Shown here piece by piece: positions 13,233 to 25,879 of a stretch of 64,000 bases of DNA; within the stretch, counting starts at the first letter, position 1; every line of letters starts with the position of its first letter. Under the pieces are notes generated by a model. It ran no database searches. It saw only the letters and a list, made by a program, of their open reading frames with translations, and was not told where the DNA came from. Origin of the DNA: Octopus sinensis (taxonomy: Eukaryota); assembly GCF_006345805.1 (NCBI RefSeq), contig NC_043003.1, forward strand, positions 47,864,001 to 47,928,000, read 5' to 3'. A program made the position numbers and the translations under genes.

Positions 13233-13809
13233 GGCCGAGAGATTTAAAAAATAATTTTTTGTAACTAAATACTTTCAAACTTCGGACACTGGTAGAATGT
13301 ATCATATAAAACATCTTTTACTCTTAGCATTTTTGAGAAAAGCTTATATTTAGGAAGTTATTTCACGTTAAAGTAGTCGTATTTCGGTAATTTCAACCAA
13401 TCAATGATGTGTATTCAGCTGAATAAAATTACTGCCATTGTTTGTCAACAACAACTATCGGCGGTGTATTTTTCGTTTGTCACTGTTATTTATGACATCG
13501 TTCGCACGTTTGTACTGGTTTTAGCCTTAAGGTGTTAGGGTTAGGGTTGTCATAAATAACAGTGACAAACGAAATATACACTGCCGGAAGTTGTTGACAA
13601 ACAACAGCAGTAATTTTATTCAGCTGAATACGTGTCATTGATTGGTTGAAATTACCGAAATACTACAACTTCAATGTGAAATAACTTCCTAAATATAAGC
13701 TTTTCTCAAAAACGCTAAGAGTAAAAGATGTTTTATATGACATATTCTACCAGTGTTTGAAGTTTGAAAGTGTTTAGTTACAAAAAATTATTTTTTAAAT
13801 CTGTCAGTC
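13233..13809. mobile_element. Foldback/MITE-like element with ~265-bp inverted arms and a (TTAGGG)2 centre
   Basis: 13233-13497 is the reverse complement of 13548-13809; the spacer contains gttagggttaggg. Confidence 0.8.
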
Positions 13810-14269
13810 AAGATTCGCTATGGGTTTGCAGAATCATTAGAGCATTAGACAAAATCCTTTGTAGTATTTGTTCAGGCCCCTTATGTTCTAAATTCAAATC
13901 CCACTGGAGTCAACTTTGCTTTCATCCTTCCAGAGCCAGTAAAATAAGTGGCAGTCAAATATCAGCAAGAGCCCAGGAACAGGGGATGCAGGCAGTGTGC
14001 TTGCACCCACTAAAATGTTTGTTGGGTGCAAAATCAAAATTTTCATCCCCCTACATACTTTGCCTGGTTTAGAAGATAGTGTCTAAGAATTGATATGTAA
14101 AAAGTTGCTTGAAGTTAGGTTTCTTTTCAAAACAAGAACAAAGGACAAAACTAAATAAATATTAAAAAATTTCAAAATGTTTACTGATAAAGCTGGTCAT
14201 AAAATTCCCAAGGGAATTTTAGAAAGATATACTATTGAACTAAAGCATCATCGAAATTATAAGTATATA

Positions 14270-14585
14270 CAGGGTGCAATGGGTAAATTGTCGTCGTTTT
14301 ATATTTTTAATTTTGTGCATTGTTTTTTATTTTGTTGACTTCACGGTATAGTAGGGTCAGTTGGGCACCGTCTGTGAGAAAAACAGCACCATGATACAAT
14401 TCATTCTGCCAGAAATTTGGAAACAACATGCTGTACTGCTTGGCATTCATGCTGGAAGCTCCAATATGAACATTTCAGAATGTTTGAGTGTCAATCTAAG
14501 GACAGTGCAGAGGATTCAGAAAGAGTTGGATGAATCTAATGGTGGTTACGAAGGTACGGCTGCTCAGAAGACTCACTCTGATCAT
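14270..14585 (+). mobile_element. Tc1/mariner-superfamily 5' fragment (TIR plus HTH region)
   Basis: TA|CAGGGTG terminus followed by the HTH-like ..NISECLSVNLRTVQRIQKELDES.. translation. Confidence 0.55.
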
Positions 14586-15791
14586 TATTGTTATTAGGGT
14601 GTGGATTGATGAAATCATTAGTCTCAAATAAAATGCCTTGTAATATTCAGGGTTCAAATCCCACTGAAGCCAACTTTGCCTTTCATACTTTCAGGGTTGA
14701 TAAAATCAAGTGCTGGGGTCAATAATACTGATTCTATCCTCTCTTCAGATTTCTAGTTTTGTGTTTATGTCAGACATTATTACGATAAATACAAACGGTA
14801 AGGTTCCATAGAAGTACAGTATTTGTTGGTGTCACTACATTCTGAGTTCAAATCCTACTGAAGCTGACTTTGCTTTTCATCCTTTGAAGTCAATGAAATA
14901 AGTATCAGACAGATTTAGAAATTATTGTTATTGCCTAAGATGGCGAGCTGGCAGAATTATTTGCCATGCCAGAATAAATTCTCAGTGGAATTTTAGCACT
15001 TTGTTCTAAATTCAAATACTGCAGAGGTTGACTTTGCCATTCATCCTTTCAGAGTAAATAAAATAAGTACCAGTTAAACATTGGGGTTGATGTCATCACC
15101 TTACCTAACCCACTCCCTTAAAATTGCTGGTCATGTCCCCAAATTTGAAACAATTGTTGTTGGTGGTCTTCTTCTTCTTCTTCTTCTTCTTATTATTATT
15201 ATTATTGCTGCTACTGCTATCGACAGTCCTGATCATTAAAAAGCGATGTCTAAGGTTCAAACACAATCTATAATTACATCAGTGACTTCTATACAGTGAA
15301 TTCAATTAGTGTAATTAGAACTTTTATTTTTTATATTTTAGTTTTAGATTATTTAATTTTAGAGTTAATTTTCTTTCTATTTTACTCTTCATTTATTCTG
15401 CTGCATTTAAAAAAGAAATTTATTGGAAAGGTTTTTTTCTTTCCTTTTTCATTTTCTTTTAAGTTTGAACATGTGCAGAATTGTGTGTTTGTTGCTGTAT
15501 GTGTATGTGGGGGTGAGCACACGTGTTGGCATGTGTTTGTGTATGTTTTGTACACGTTTTTCGAGTGTTAGTATGTTTCAATGTGCATTCTTGTTATTTT
15601 GTGCCATTATGTGATCTGGTTTTTGTAGGATTGTGTGTGTGTGTGTGTACAAACAAATACAGGCATGGTTATATGGTCAAGAAGTTCATTTCTCAGCCAC
15701 ATGGCTTCAGGTTTCAGTTCTACTGTGTGGTACCTTGAGTAAGTGTCTTCTACTATGTGCATGTGTGTGTGTGTGTGTCTATATGCATATA

Positions 15792-16585
15792 CAGGGGTTG
15801 GACAAAATAATGGAAACACCTTAAAATTTCAAACAAATTTATTTTAATATGGGGCAGGACCGCCTTTGGCAGGAATAACAGCCTGAATTTTATGAGGTAT
15901 GGACTCGTACAAAATTTGAATTGTTTCCAAAGGAATTTTTGTCCATTCAGCTAAAACAGTCTCCAGGTCTTGTAGTGATGATGGTGGAAGATATTGACTT
16001 CTTTCTTGTTTTTCTAAAATGCACCGTAAGTGTTCAATAATATTGAGATCTGGGGACTGTGGTGGCCAGATAAGATATTCAACCTCACTAGAATGTTCCT
16101 CATGCCATTCAGTAACAACTTTAGCTGTGTGAATTAGTGCATTATCATCCAGAAACAGTTCCATAACCATAGGATATATTTGATCAAATAAAATGCTTAA
16201 ATAGTCTTGACTATAATTCTGCCATGAAGGGAAACCATTGGGCTGGCAGACTGCCAAGATATAGCCTCCACCAGATCATCACAGATCCTCCTCCACGTTT
16301 GATGGTTGGAAGAAGGCAGTCTGGATCAAATGCTTCTTTTCGATGTTTCCACATGCATACTCAGCCAGTAGTCGGAAATAAGGTAATGGATGACTAATCT
16401 GAGAAAATAACATTCTTCCACTGCTCTAGGGACCTATTCTGTAGGTTTTTACTTCACTCTAAATACTTTGCAATATTTGTTATTGAAAGTAGTGGTTTTC
16501 TGATTGCAGCCCTCCCATGAAATCTGGTTTTGTGCAGCTCCTGGGGAACAGTTTTTGTGGAAACTGGGTTCTCGAGGTGGTCATT
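15792..16585 (-). mobile_element. Tc1-like transposon 3' half (transposase pseudogene)
   Basis: TA|CAGGGGTTGGACAAAATAATGGAAACACC TIR; DDNALIH..WPPQSPDLNIIEHL..LYESIPHKIQAVIPAKGG motifs; frameshifted; truncated next to an RTE fragment. Confidence 0.88.
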
Positions 16586-16599
16586 AGCACTCCACTAGC

Positions 16600-17290
16600 A
16601 TGGACAACAGTCATCGAATTTGATTTCCATTTCTCTTGCCTCAACAGGTCTTCACAAGCAGAGTTTAGTGTCCAATGAAGGAAAGGTATGCATAAGTGGG
16701 CTGGTTACACCCCTGGCATAGGCCACGGGGTTATGGTCTCATTTGGCTTGCTGGGTCTTCTCAAGCACAGCATATTTCCAAAAGACTTAGTCATTAGTCA
16801 TTGCCTTGGTGAGGCCTAATGTTCAAAGGTTGTGCTTCATCACTTCATCACAGGTCTTCCTGGGTCTACCTCTTCCACAAGTTCCCTCAACCGCTAGGGT
16901 GTGGAACTTTTTCACACAGCTATCCTCATCCATTCTTGCCACATGACCATACCTGCGCAGTCGTCTCTCTTGCACACCACATCTGATGCTTTTTAGGTCC
17001 AACTTTTCTCTCAAGGTACTTACACTCCGTCGAGTATGCACACTGACATTACACATCCATCGGATCATACTGGCTTCATTCCTTGTGAGCTTATGCATGT
17101 CCTCAGCAGTCACAGCCCATATTTCACTGGCATGTAGCATGGCTGTTCATACACATGCATCATACAGTCTTCCTTTTACTCTGAGCAAGATGCCCTTTGT
17201 CACCAGCAGAAGTAAGAGCTCTCTGAACTTTGCCCAGGCTATTCTTATTCTAGTAGCTATACTTTCAGTGCACCCTCCCCCGCTACTGAT
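16600..17290 (-). mobile_element. RTE-clade LINE fragment
   Basis: RIRIAWAKFRELL..KGRLYDACV..MLHASEIWA..RNEASMIRWM..ERRLRRYGHVAR..RGRPRKT translation. Confidence 0.88.
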
Positions 17291-17429
17291 GGGGTGGGAG
17301 GAAGATGCCCTTAAACAGGTTAGTTGCTTACAACAGCATGGGCTCCTCCAGTGGAGACACCTAATACCCAAGGTACTAGTGGTGTTAAACTGGCTGACAG
17401 ATTAAGTCTACCACTCAAGTAGGTCACAG

Positions 17430-17905
17430 CAGGTTTTGAACTCGGAACTCAAATGTACCCTGAAAAAAGGTACTCCATCAATGCTTTAATATTTCCACCA
17501 GTTCACCACTTTAGAATGGTATTTTAGTTTATTGACACCCCACCTCCCCCACCAAAGGAGGAATGGTAAGGGTGACTTTATGGGGTTTGAACTAAAAGTA
17601 CCCCGCAAAACCGTACCCCATCAATGCTCTAATATTTTCATCAGTTCACCACTCTAGAATGGTATTTTATTTTATAGACTCCTCCACTTGCCCCCACCCT
17701 ACTCAAAGGACAAATGGCATGGTTGACCTCATGAAATTTGAACTCAGAACTAAAAGGTACCCCATCAATGCTTTAATATTTCAACCAGTCCACTCTAGAA
17801 TTGATCTAGAAATAAGACATCACTCTAGAATGGCATCTTATTTTATTGTTGCCTCACCAAAGGACAAATGGTAGGGCTGACCTCATGAGATTTGAACTCA
17901 GAATG
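17430..17905. repeat. Degenerate tandem repeat (~130-160 bp), SINE-B-related
   Basis: Recurring ttgaactc..aac..aaaggtaccccatcaatgct.taatattt..cact.tagaatgg units. Confidence 0.6.
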
Positions 17906-17929
17906 CTAAAAGTCAGAACAAAGAACAAA

Positions 17930-19680
17930 TTCCAGCAAGCCAAATCCGGGCCAGCTAGCAATCCATGGCACAGCCAGCCAGCAAGCCAAATCTGGGCCAG
18001 CCAGGCAGCCTAGGCAAGTTTCCAAATAGCAAGCCAAGGCTGGGCCAGCTAGGCATCCAAAACAGGGCCAACCAGCCAGCCCGGTAGCCAAGGCCCAGCC
18101 AGCCAGCCAGGTAGCCAAGGCCCAGCCAGCCAGCCAGCCTAGGCCAGTTTCCAGCCAGCAAGACATGGCTGAGACTGGCTGGGCCTTGGCTGTCTAGCAG
18201 GGCCTTGGCTGCCTGGCTGGCCTGGCATACGATGGCTGGAAACAGGTGTACGATGGCTGGCTGGCCCTGTTTTGGATGCCTGGCTGGTCCGGCCTTGGCT
18301 TGCTGGCTGGAAACTGGCCTAGGCTGGATGTGCCATGGATGCCTGACAGGCCCAGCCTTGGCTTGTTGGCTGGAAAGTGGCCTAGGCTGGCAGGTCCTTG
18401 GTTGCTTTGCTGGGCCGGCCTTGACCTACTTGCTGGAAACTGGCCTAGGCTGTCTGGCTGGAAACGGGCTTAGGCTGGCTGGCTGGCTGGCTGGTCCGGC
18501 TTTGGCTTGCTGGCTGGCTTGGCCTTGGCTATCTGGCTGGCCCGGCCTTGGCTTAATGGCTGGAAATTGGGCTGGGTGGCTGGTTGGCCCTGTTTTGGAT
18601 GCCTGGCTGAAAATTGGTCTAGGGTGGTTGGCTGGCAGGGCTTTGGTTACCTGGCTGGCCCGGATTTGGCTTGCTGGATGGAAACTTGCCTAGGTTGGCT
18701 GGCTGGCTGTGTCAAGGATGCCTGGCTGGCCCGGATTTGGCTTGCTGGCTGGAAACTAGCCTAGGCTGACTGGCTGGCTGGGCCTTGGCTGCCTGGCTGG
18801 CTGGGTCTTGGCTGCCTGGCTGGAAACTGGCTGGCCCGGTTTTGAATGCCTGGCTAGAAACTGGCCTAGACTGGTTGGCTGGACATGGTTTGGATGTCTG
18901 GCTGGCCTAGCCTTGGCTTGCTGGCTGGCCGGACTTTGGCTGGCCTGGCCTTGGTTTGCTGGCTGGAAATTGACCTAGGCTGACAGGCTGGCCCAGCCTA
19001 GGCTTGCTGGCTGGAAACTGGCCTATCTGGCTCGCTGGCTGGTCCAGCCTTGGCTTGCTGGCTGGAAACTGACCTAGGCTTGCTGGCTGGAAACTGGCTG
19101 GCTGGCTGGCTGTGCCTTGGCTGCCTGGCAGGCTCGGCCTTGGTTTGCTGGCTGGAAATTGGCCTAGGGTGGCTGGAATTTCTTTGGCTGTATGGTTGTC
19201 CGGATTTGGCTTGCTGGCTGGAAACTGGCCTAGGCTGGCTGACTGGCTGGGCATTGGCTTCCTGGCTGACCTGTCCTAGGTTTGCTGGCTGGAAATTGGC
19301 CTAGGCTGGCTGGCTGGCTGGCTGGCCGGGCCTTGGTTGCCTGGCTCGCCCGGCCTTGGCTTGCTGGCTAGCTGGCTGGGCCTTGTCTGCCTGGCTGGCC
19401 CGGCCCAGTCTTGCTGGCTGGAAACTGGCCTAGGCTGGCTGGCTGACCCTGTTTTGGATGCCTGGCTGGAAATTGGCCTAGGCTGGCTGGCTAGGCACCG
19501 CTTGGTTTCCTGTCTGGCTGAGCCTTGGCTGCCTGGCTGGCCCAGATTTGGCTTGTTGGCTGGAAACTGGCCTTGGCTGCCTGTCTGGCCCAGCCTAGGT
19601 TTGCTGGCTGGAAACTGGCCTAGGCTGGCTGACTGGCAGAGCCAGCCAGGCAACCAAGGCCAGCCAGCCTAGGCCAGTTT
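17930..19680. repeat. GC-rich complex satellite based on (GCTG)n / gctggaaactggcctaggctg, with orientation switches
   Basis: Dozens of degenerate units. Polarity flips near 18165 and near 19635. Confidence 0.9.
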
Positions 19681-20790
19681 ACATCTACATAAGAGAAAAT
19701 TGGATGCGATACCTGGATGACTGCTTTATCATCTGGAAGGAGAACATCGACAAACTTTTGGATTTAAAAACAACACTAAATGACATAAATAGTACCATTC
19801 AATTCACAATGGAATGTAACAAAGAACAACTTCCATTTTTAGACATCATGATATAAAAATTTAACAATGAAATCATAACTGACATTTATTATAAACCAAC
19901 TGATTCAAAACAATATCTTCTTTTTAACTCATGCCACCTGAAACACATAAAATAAACATCCTTTTTAACTAAGCAAAAAGGATCTGCACAATAGTGTCTG
20001 ATAGAACGCCCAAACTGTGGAACCTGCCCCAAAATGCTTGAAGGCTCGGATTTCCTTTTCAAACAAGGACAGAGGTTCGCAATTAAAACTAGTTTCACCT
20101 GTGCCTCTGAGAACCTAATTTATGTAATAACCTGCTCGGGTTGCGGTCATCAGTACATTGGACAAATGAGTATGACCTTGAGAAAGAGAATCACTCTACA
20201 TAAGGAGCAAATCCGTTTCCCGCAATACAGACAAATTCCTCTCAGTGAACACATAGAAAAATGTGCAGGTAACATCAAACCAAATTTCACAGTCTTCCCT
20301 TTCTACCAGTGCAAAGACGCAATCTCTCAACTAGAACGTTTAAATAAAGAAACTTTTTTCATTGAAAAATACAAAACACGTCTTAATATGCACGCATTAC
20401 CATCTTTTATATTTTTACATATTCCATTCACGATTACATCACTGTACATAAATCCCCTACTAAACAAGGTTTTTTAAAGCCTGTCTCTGTTCTGTAGACA
20501 TATTTAATCACCATCCATTACCGAAAGCTGAACAGTTATCTCCCTTACACACAACAATAACAATAACAACAACCAATTACCTCCCTTTATTTATCTTCTT
20601 GTGAAGTCATTCACTCGTGAATTTCATCACACACAACATGGACCAAATTTCTTCTTAAGAAAAAATATATATTTTCAAATAAATAAAACATAATATCATG
20701 AATAGAGATAGCGAAACTGGTCGATATATTAAAAATTATATTAAAACTATGTAAGTGTGCGTATGTTCCTTTTTTAATTTCTTATATATA
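19681..20790 (+). mobile_element. Penelope-like retroelement 3' part (RT C-terminus plus GIY-YIG endonuclease), decayed
   Basis: WMRYLDDCFIIW, IQFTME..LPFLDI, IYYKPTDSKQYL.FNSCH RT motifs (frameshifted, with an internal deletion). Followed by FTCASENLIYVITCSGCGHQYIGQ..LRKRITLH..LSEHI, a GIY-YIG endonuclease with Cys/His motif. Ends at (TA)n. Confidence 0.9.
20693..20727 (+). ncRNA. Hammerhead-like motif at the Penelope 3' end (A3-U8 core, weak stem II)
   Basis: atatc-ATGAATA-gagatagc-GAAA-ctgg-TC-gatat; stem I atatc/gatat is perfect. Confidence 0.45.
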
Positions 20791-20952
20791 TATTTATATA
20801 TATACATATGTAGATATATATGTGTATATATATATTTATATATATATATGTGTGTATATAATTAATAATAAAATATTAGGGAATAAATCCAAACTTACAG
20901 GGAAAAATCAGATTTAGGATTAAATCCAATTTTATAGTATAAATATATTATA

Positions 20953-22666
20953 TTATATTATAATAAATTAGAGATAAAACCACTATTAGGCAAATCAAAC
21001 AATGAAAAACATAAGCCAATACAAATTAATTTAATTTATATTTTAAATATATATCAAAAGTATTAAAAGTTTAATAAAGGATAAAGAGTAAAACACTACG
21101 ATCGTTTCATGGCTGTACAATTCGAATAACAATAATTTAAATTCAATTAATAATTCGAGTTATGGTTACAGTCAATCTTCAGGTTAATTGAAATATCTAA
21201 AAAATAATCAGAAATATTTAAACAATGTTTTTAAGATATAAATAATATAATAATTTTACTTATAATAAACTCTATTATCAAACTAGAAACATAACTTAAC
21301 AATTATGATTATATCAAAATCGATTATAATGTTAAATATTAATTTTAATTTATAAGGTAGGAAACCCACCAATAATCTAATATCGGTATTAATCTATATC
21401 TAATTACATAAATATTTAAGAATGACTATTATATATAAATTATCAATGAAAATATATAAATGTATATAAATATTATAATTAAGATCTAAAATAATCTCTA
21501 TAAATAAATATATATGCACATATAATAAAAACCTAATAAATTAATTTTTCATATTTAAAGATGAAATAGCTAATTTCAAAATACAAATAAACAAATTTAA
21601 ACGAACTTTCAGAAATCTTATGTAAAATACTTATAGAAATAATCAATTCATAGTAATATAGTATCGAATAAATACTATAAATATAATTATCAATGGGAAT
21701 AACTAGCGAATGTCAATTTAAAAAAACAATTACTAAGTTATGCTATTAAATTAGACATGGCCTGGACCAATCTTTAGTCGAAACAAATCTAAGTTTATCA
21801 AAGTTTATCTAATTTAATTATAAGAAATTTAAAACTACAATTAATACTATTAAAACATGTATATACAAAAGCCTAACTTTATACACCTCGTATACTTGTT
21901 ATCAAACAACAAATCTATTGCTAAGTAGTATTTTACGAATAAACTTAAATTTAATATCTAATAATACAGAAAATTACGATAATTAGATCATTACATAAAC
22001 AACGATATTTACATAAGGAAAATATTATTACTCCAAAGACTTATACAATATTAAAATTTACAATTTGAAGATCTTAAATATAAATAAATACTTATCTTAG
22101 TGAGGTTTAGTAATGAGATTATAGAGATTATTTTAGATCTTAATTATAATATTTATATACATTTATATATTTTCATTGATAATTTATATATAATAGTCAT
22201 TCTTAAATATTTATGTAATTAGATATAGATTAATACCGATATTAGATTATTGGTGGGTTTCCTACCTTATAAATTAAAATTAATATTTAACATTATAGTC
22301 GATTTTGATATCATCATAATTGTTAAGTTATGTTTCTAGTTTGATAATAGAGTTTATTATAAGTAAAATTATTATATTATTTATATCTTAAAAATATTGT
22401 TTAAATATTTCTGATTATTTTTTAGATATTTCAATTAACCTGAAGATTGACTGTAACCATAACTCGAATTATTAATTGAATTTAAATTATTGTTATTCGA
22501 ATTGTACAGCCATGAAACGATCGTAGTGTTTTACTCTTTATCTTTTATTAAACTTTTAATACTTTTGATATATATTTAAAATATAAATTAAATTAATTTG
22601 TATTGGCTTGTTTTTCATTGTTTGATTTGCCTAATAGTGGTTTTATCTCTAATTTATTATAATATA
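20953..22666. repeat. Long AT-rich inverted repeat (arms ~20953-21503 / 22119-22666), Penelope pLTR-like
   Basis: ~550-bp arms of very high identity with a ~615-bp spacer, bounded by (TA)n. Related to 30095-30230. Confidence 0.9.
22438..22528 (+). ncRNA. Degenerate type-I hammerhead with extended stem II (mirror copy on - strand ~21094-21185)
   Basis: CTGAAGA-ttgactgta..long hairpin..tacagccat-GAAA-cgatcg-TA-gtg. Stem I and stem II contain mismatches. Confidence 0.55.
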
Positions 22667-22822
22667 TGTGTATATATATATATGTGTGTATATATATATA
22701 TATATATGTATATGTATATATATGTATATATATATATGTGTGTATATATATGTATATATGTGTATATATATGTATATATACATATTTATATATGTATATA
22801 TATGTGGGTGTATATATGTATA

Positions 22823-22862
<40 letters not shown>

Positions 22863-22907
22863 AATATATATATGTTTATATATATATGTATGTATATATA
22901 TATATAC

Positions 22908-22954
<47 letters not shown>

Positions 22955-22973
22955 CATATATATGTATATATAC

Positions 22974-23006
<33 letters not shown>

Positions 23007-23093
23007 GTTAATCCTAACAAGAAAACACAAAAAAACACAGCAACGCGAGTACGTGGAACAAATAAAGTATTATTGGATGCTCAGGAAAGAAGA

Positions 23094-23150
<57 letters not shown>
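22660..23150. repeat. (TA)n/(TATG)n microsatellite
   Basis: Direct reading; interrupted by a ~90-bp insert at about 23008-23095. Confidence 0.95.
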
Positions 23151-23154
<4 letters not shown>

Positions 23155-23272
23155 AACATATAAGGGACGGCCATAATAGGACATCCGACTCACTAGAAAG
23201 AGCATCCAAACTCCAAACCACTAATAGTTGTAATTCTGAAATGGAAAGAGAAATAAAAACGTTTACCCTTTC

Positions 23273-23357
23273 CCTTTCTGGACTATGCATAGTTTCGACA
23301 ATCTTTAGTAAATAAATTAATTTATTTATCACTGGCGTTGTCTCATCAGCAGAAAAG
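23273..23357 (-). ncRNA. Type-I hammerhead ribozyme (left-arm copy)
   Basis: Exact reverse complement of the 23592-23676 motif. Confidence 0.8.
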
Positions 23358-23591
23358 CCAAGGACCAACATATATACACGACGCGATGATAAACATGCCT
23401 CGCGTCTATATGCTATAAATTTTCAAAATCCATCACACTCGCGCGGTTTACTCAGCAGTAAATATAAATTAAATCGGCAGTTTATATTTACTGCTGAGTA
23501 AACTGTGCGAGTGTGGTGGATTTTGAAAATGTATAGCATATAGACGCGAGGCATGTTTATCATCGCCTCGTGTATATATGTTGGTCCTTGG

Positions 23592-23676
23592 CTTTTCTGC
23601 TGATGAGACAACGCCAGTGATAAATAAATTAATTTATTTACTAAAGATTGTCGAAACTATGCATAGTCCAGAAAGG
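23592..23676 (+). ncRNA. Type-I hammerhead ribozyme
   Basis: Stem I cttttctg/cagaaagg; core CTGATGA (23600-23606); stem II gacaa/ttgtc with an AT-rich hairpin insert; GAAA (23653-23656); palindromic stem III ctatgcatag; GUC cleavage triplet ending at 23668. Confidence 0.82.
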
Positions 23677-23911
23677 GAAAGGGTAAACGTTTTTATTTCT
23701 CTTTCCATTTCAGAATTACAACTATTAGTGGTTTGGAGTTTGGATGCTCTTTCTAGTGAGTCGGATGTCCTATTATGGCTGTCCCTTATATGTTTGAATG
23801 TATATATATAGTCTATTGACTATTTTTTCCATCTCACTTGACCGCTGGTAGCGGAGAATTTTTCTAGAATTTTTTGCTACCCTAAAATTTATTAATATAT
23901 ATATATATATA

Positions 23912-24454
23912 TGATGGTGTTCTATCAGGTTCCCTGTACTAAATCCATTTACAAGGCTTTGGTTGGCCCGAGGTTTGTAGAAGATAGTTGCCTAAGGTGT
24001 CATGTAGTGAAAGGATGGTCATGGCTAGACTACATTTGTTTATAGATCTGGTCAGTGAACAGTGATTAAAGAAGTGAAGTAAATGAAACGTAGGAGTTAC
24101 AAGTTTTTCCTCTCTTTTTTTGTTTTTCAGACAGTTGCATAAGTCATATTAAAAAATTGAATCTCAAAGATAAAACGTAATTCATTTTGAGGTCAGCTGT
24201 GAGAGTGTAGTCATATTTTGGAGGAGGGGAATTTTGAAAGTGAAAAGAAACTTTATGTGACGTAGGTAAAATAAAAACATTGTTGTAGAGTGAAATACCA
24301 AAGCCAAACTTTGGTCGGTTAACCATGTATGACTGGATAAATCCTGTTTGTAGGAGATTTCCGCTTAATTGAAGTTGTTGTTGCTCAGCCTTATGTGAGT
24401 CTTGATTGAGTGGATTGACAATTAAAGGCATCCAGCAGTGACAGTTTCATCTTT
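23912..24454 (+). repeat. Copy 1 of a ~540-bp direct duplication (copy 2 at 30821-31362)
   Basis: Colinear from tgatggtgttctatcag to gacagtttcatcttt with scattered substitutions. Confidence 0.95.
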
Positions 24455-24529
24455 GGGAGACAACCAAGGCTGACAAAATAGGAACTTCCGGTACAGGTGG
24501 AGGGTGTCGGAGGGGTACTTCCGGTACAC

Positions 24530-24853
24530 ATACACACACACATATATATATACATATATACTTATATATATATATACATATATACATATATATAAATATA
24601 TACATGTATATATTATATATATATACATATATATACATATATGTATATATAGATATATATATATATGTTATATATATATACATATATGTATATATAGATA
24701 TATATATATATGTTATATATATATACATATATGTATATATAGATATATATATATGTTATAGATATATATATATATACATATATATACATATATGTATATA
24801 TAGATATATATATATATTATATATATACATATATATACATATATGTATTATAG

Positions 24854-24885
<32 letters not shown>

Positions 24886-24942
24886 CATATATATACATAT
24901 ATGTATATAGAGATATATATATATATACATATATGTATATAT

Positions 24943-25032
<90 letters not shown>

Positions 25033-25033
25033 C

Positions 25034-25064
<31 letters not shown>

Positions 25065-25070
25065 ATATAC

Positions 25071-25102
<32 letters not shown>

Positions 25103-25171
25103 CATATATGTATATATATATAATATATTATATATATACATATATGTATATATATATATATATAATATATG

Positions 25172-25202
<31 letters not shown>

Positions 25203-25480
25203 CATATATGTATATATATATATAATATACATATATGTATATATATAATATATATACATATATGTATATATATATATATATATATACATATATGTATATA
25301 TATATATATATACATATATGTTTATATGTATATATATATATACATATATGTTATATATATATATATATACATACATATATGTATATATATATATATTATA
25401 TATACATACATATATGTATATATATATATATATTATATATATACATATATATACATATATGTATATATATATATATATAT
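24530..25480. repeat. ~1-kb degenerate (TA)n tract; further tracts at 27300-27640, 28005-28260, 29300-29510, 29810-30090 and 30295-30820
   Basis: Direct reading. Confidence 0.95.
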
Positions 25481-25805
25481 TTTCGTGTCTGTTGCCAGCC
25501 TCGCCTGGCCCTCGTGCCGGTGGCACATAAAAAGCACCATTTGTTCGTGGCCGTTTGCCAGCTCTGTCTGGCACCTGTGCGTGTGGCACGTAAAAAGCAC
25601 CCACTACACTCACGGAGTGGTTGGCGTTAGGAAGGGCATCCAGCCGTAGAAACACTGCCAGATTTGACTGGGCCTGATGAAGCCTTCTGGCTTCACAGAC
25701 CCCAGTAGAACTGTCCAACCCATGCTAGCATGGAAAACGGACGCTAAACGATGATGATGATGATACATATATATACATATATATACATATATGTATAATA
25801 TATAT

Positions 25806-25879
<74 letters not shown>

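Larger units (their letters stand above)
23153..23796. repeat. Palindrome with 316-bp arms (23153-23468 / 23481-23796) embedded in (TA)n
   Basis: Arms are near-identical reverse complements with a 12-bp spacer; the identical translated ORFs on opposite strands in the ORF track confirm this. Confidence 0.95.

Noticed and set aside
17906-19672. Trp/Leu/Ala/Gly-rich ORFs
   Set aside because: They are by-products of the GCTG satellite and are open in many frames on both strands.
24144-24431. 95-aa minus-strand ORF, also at 31052-31339
   Set aside because: Its presence in both copies only reflects the recent duplication; it has many amino-acid changes and no recognisable homology.
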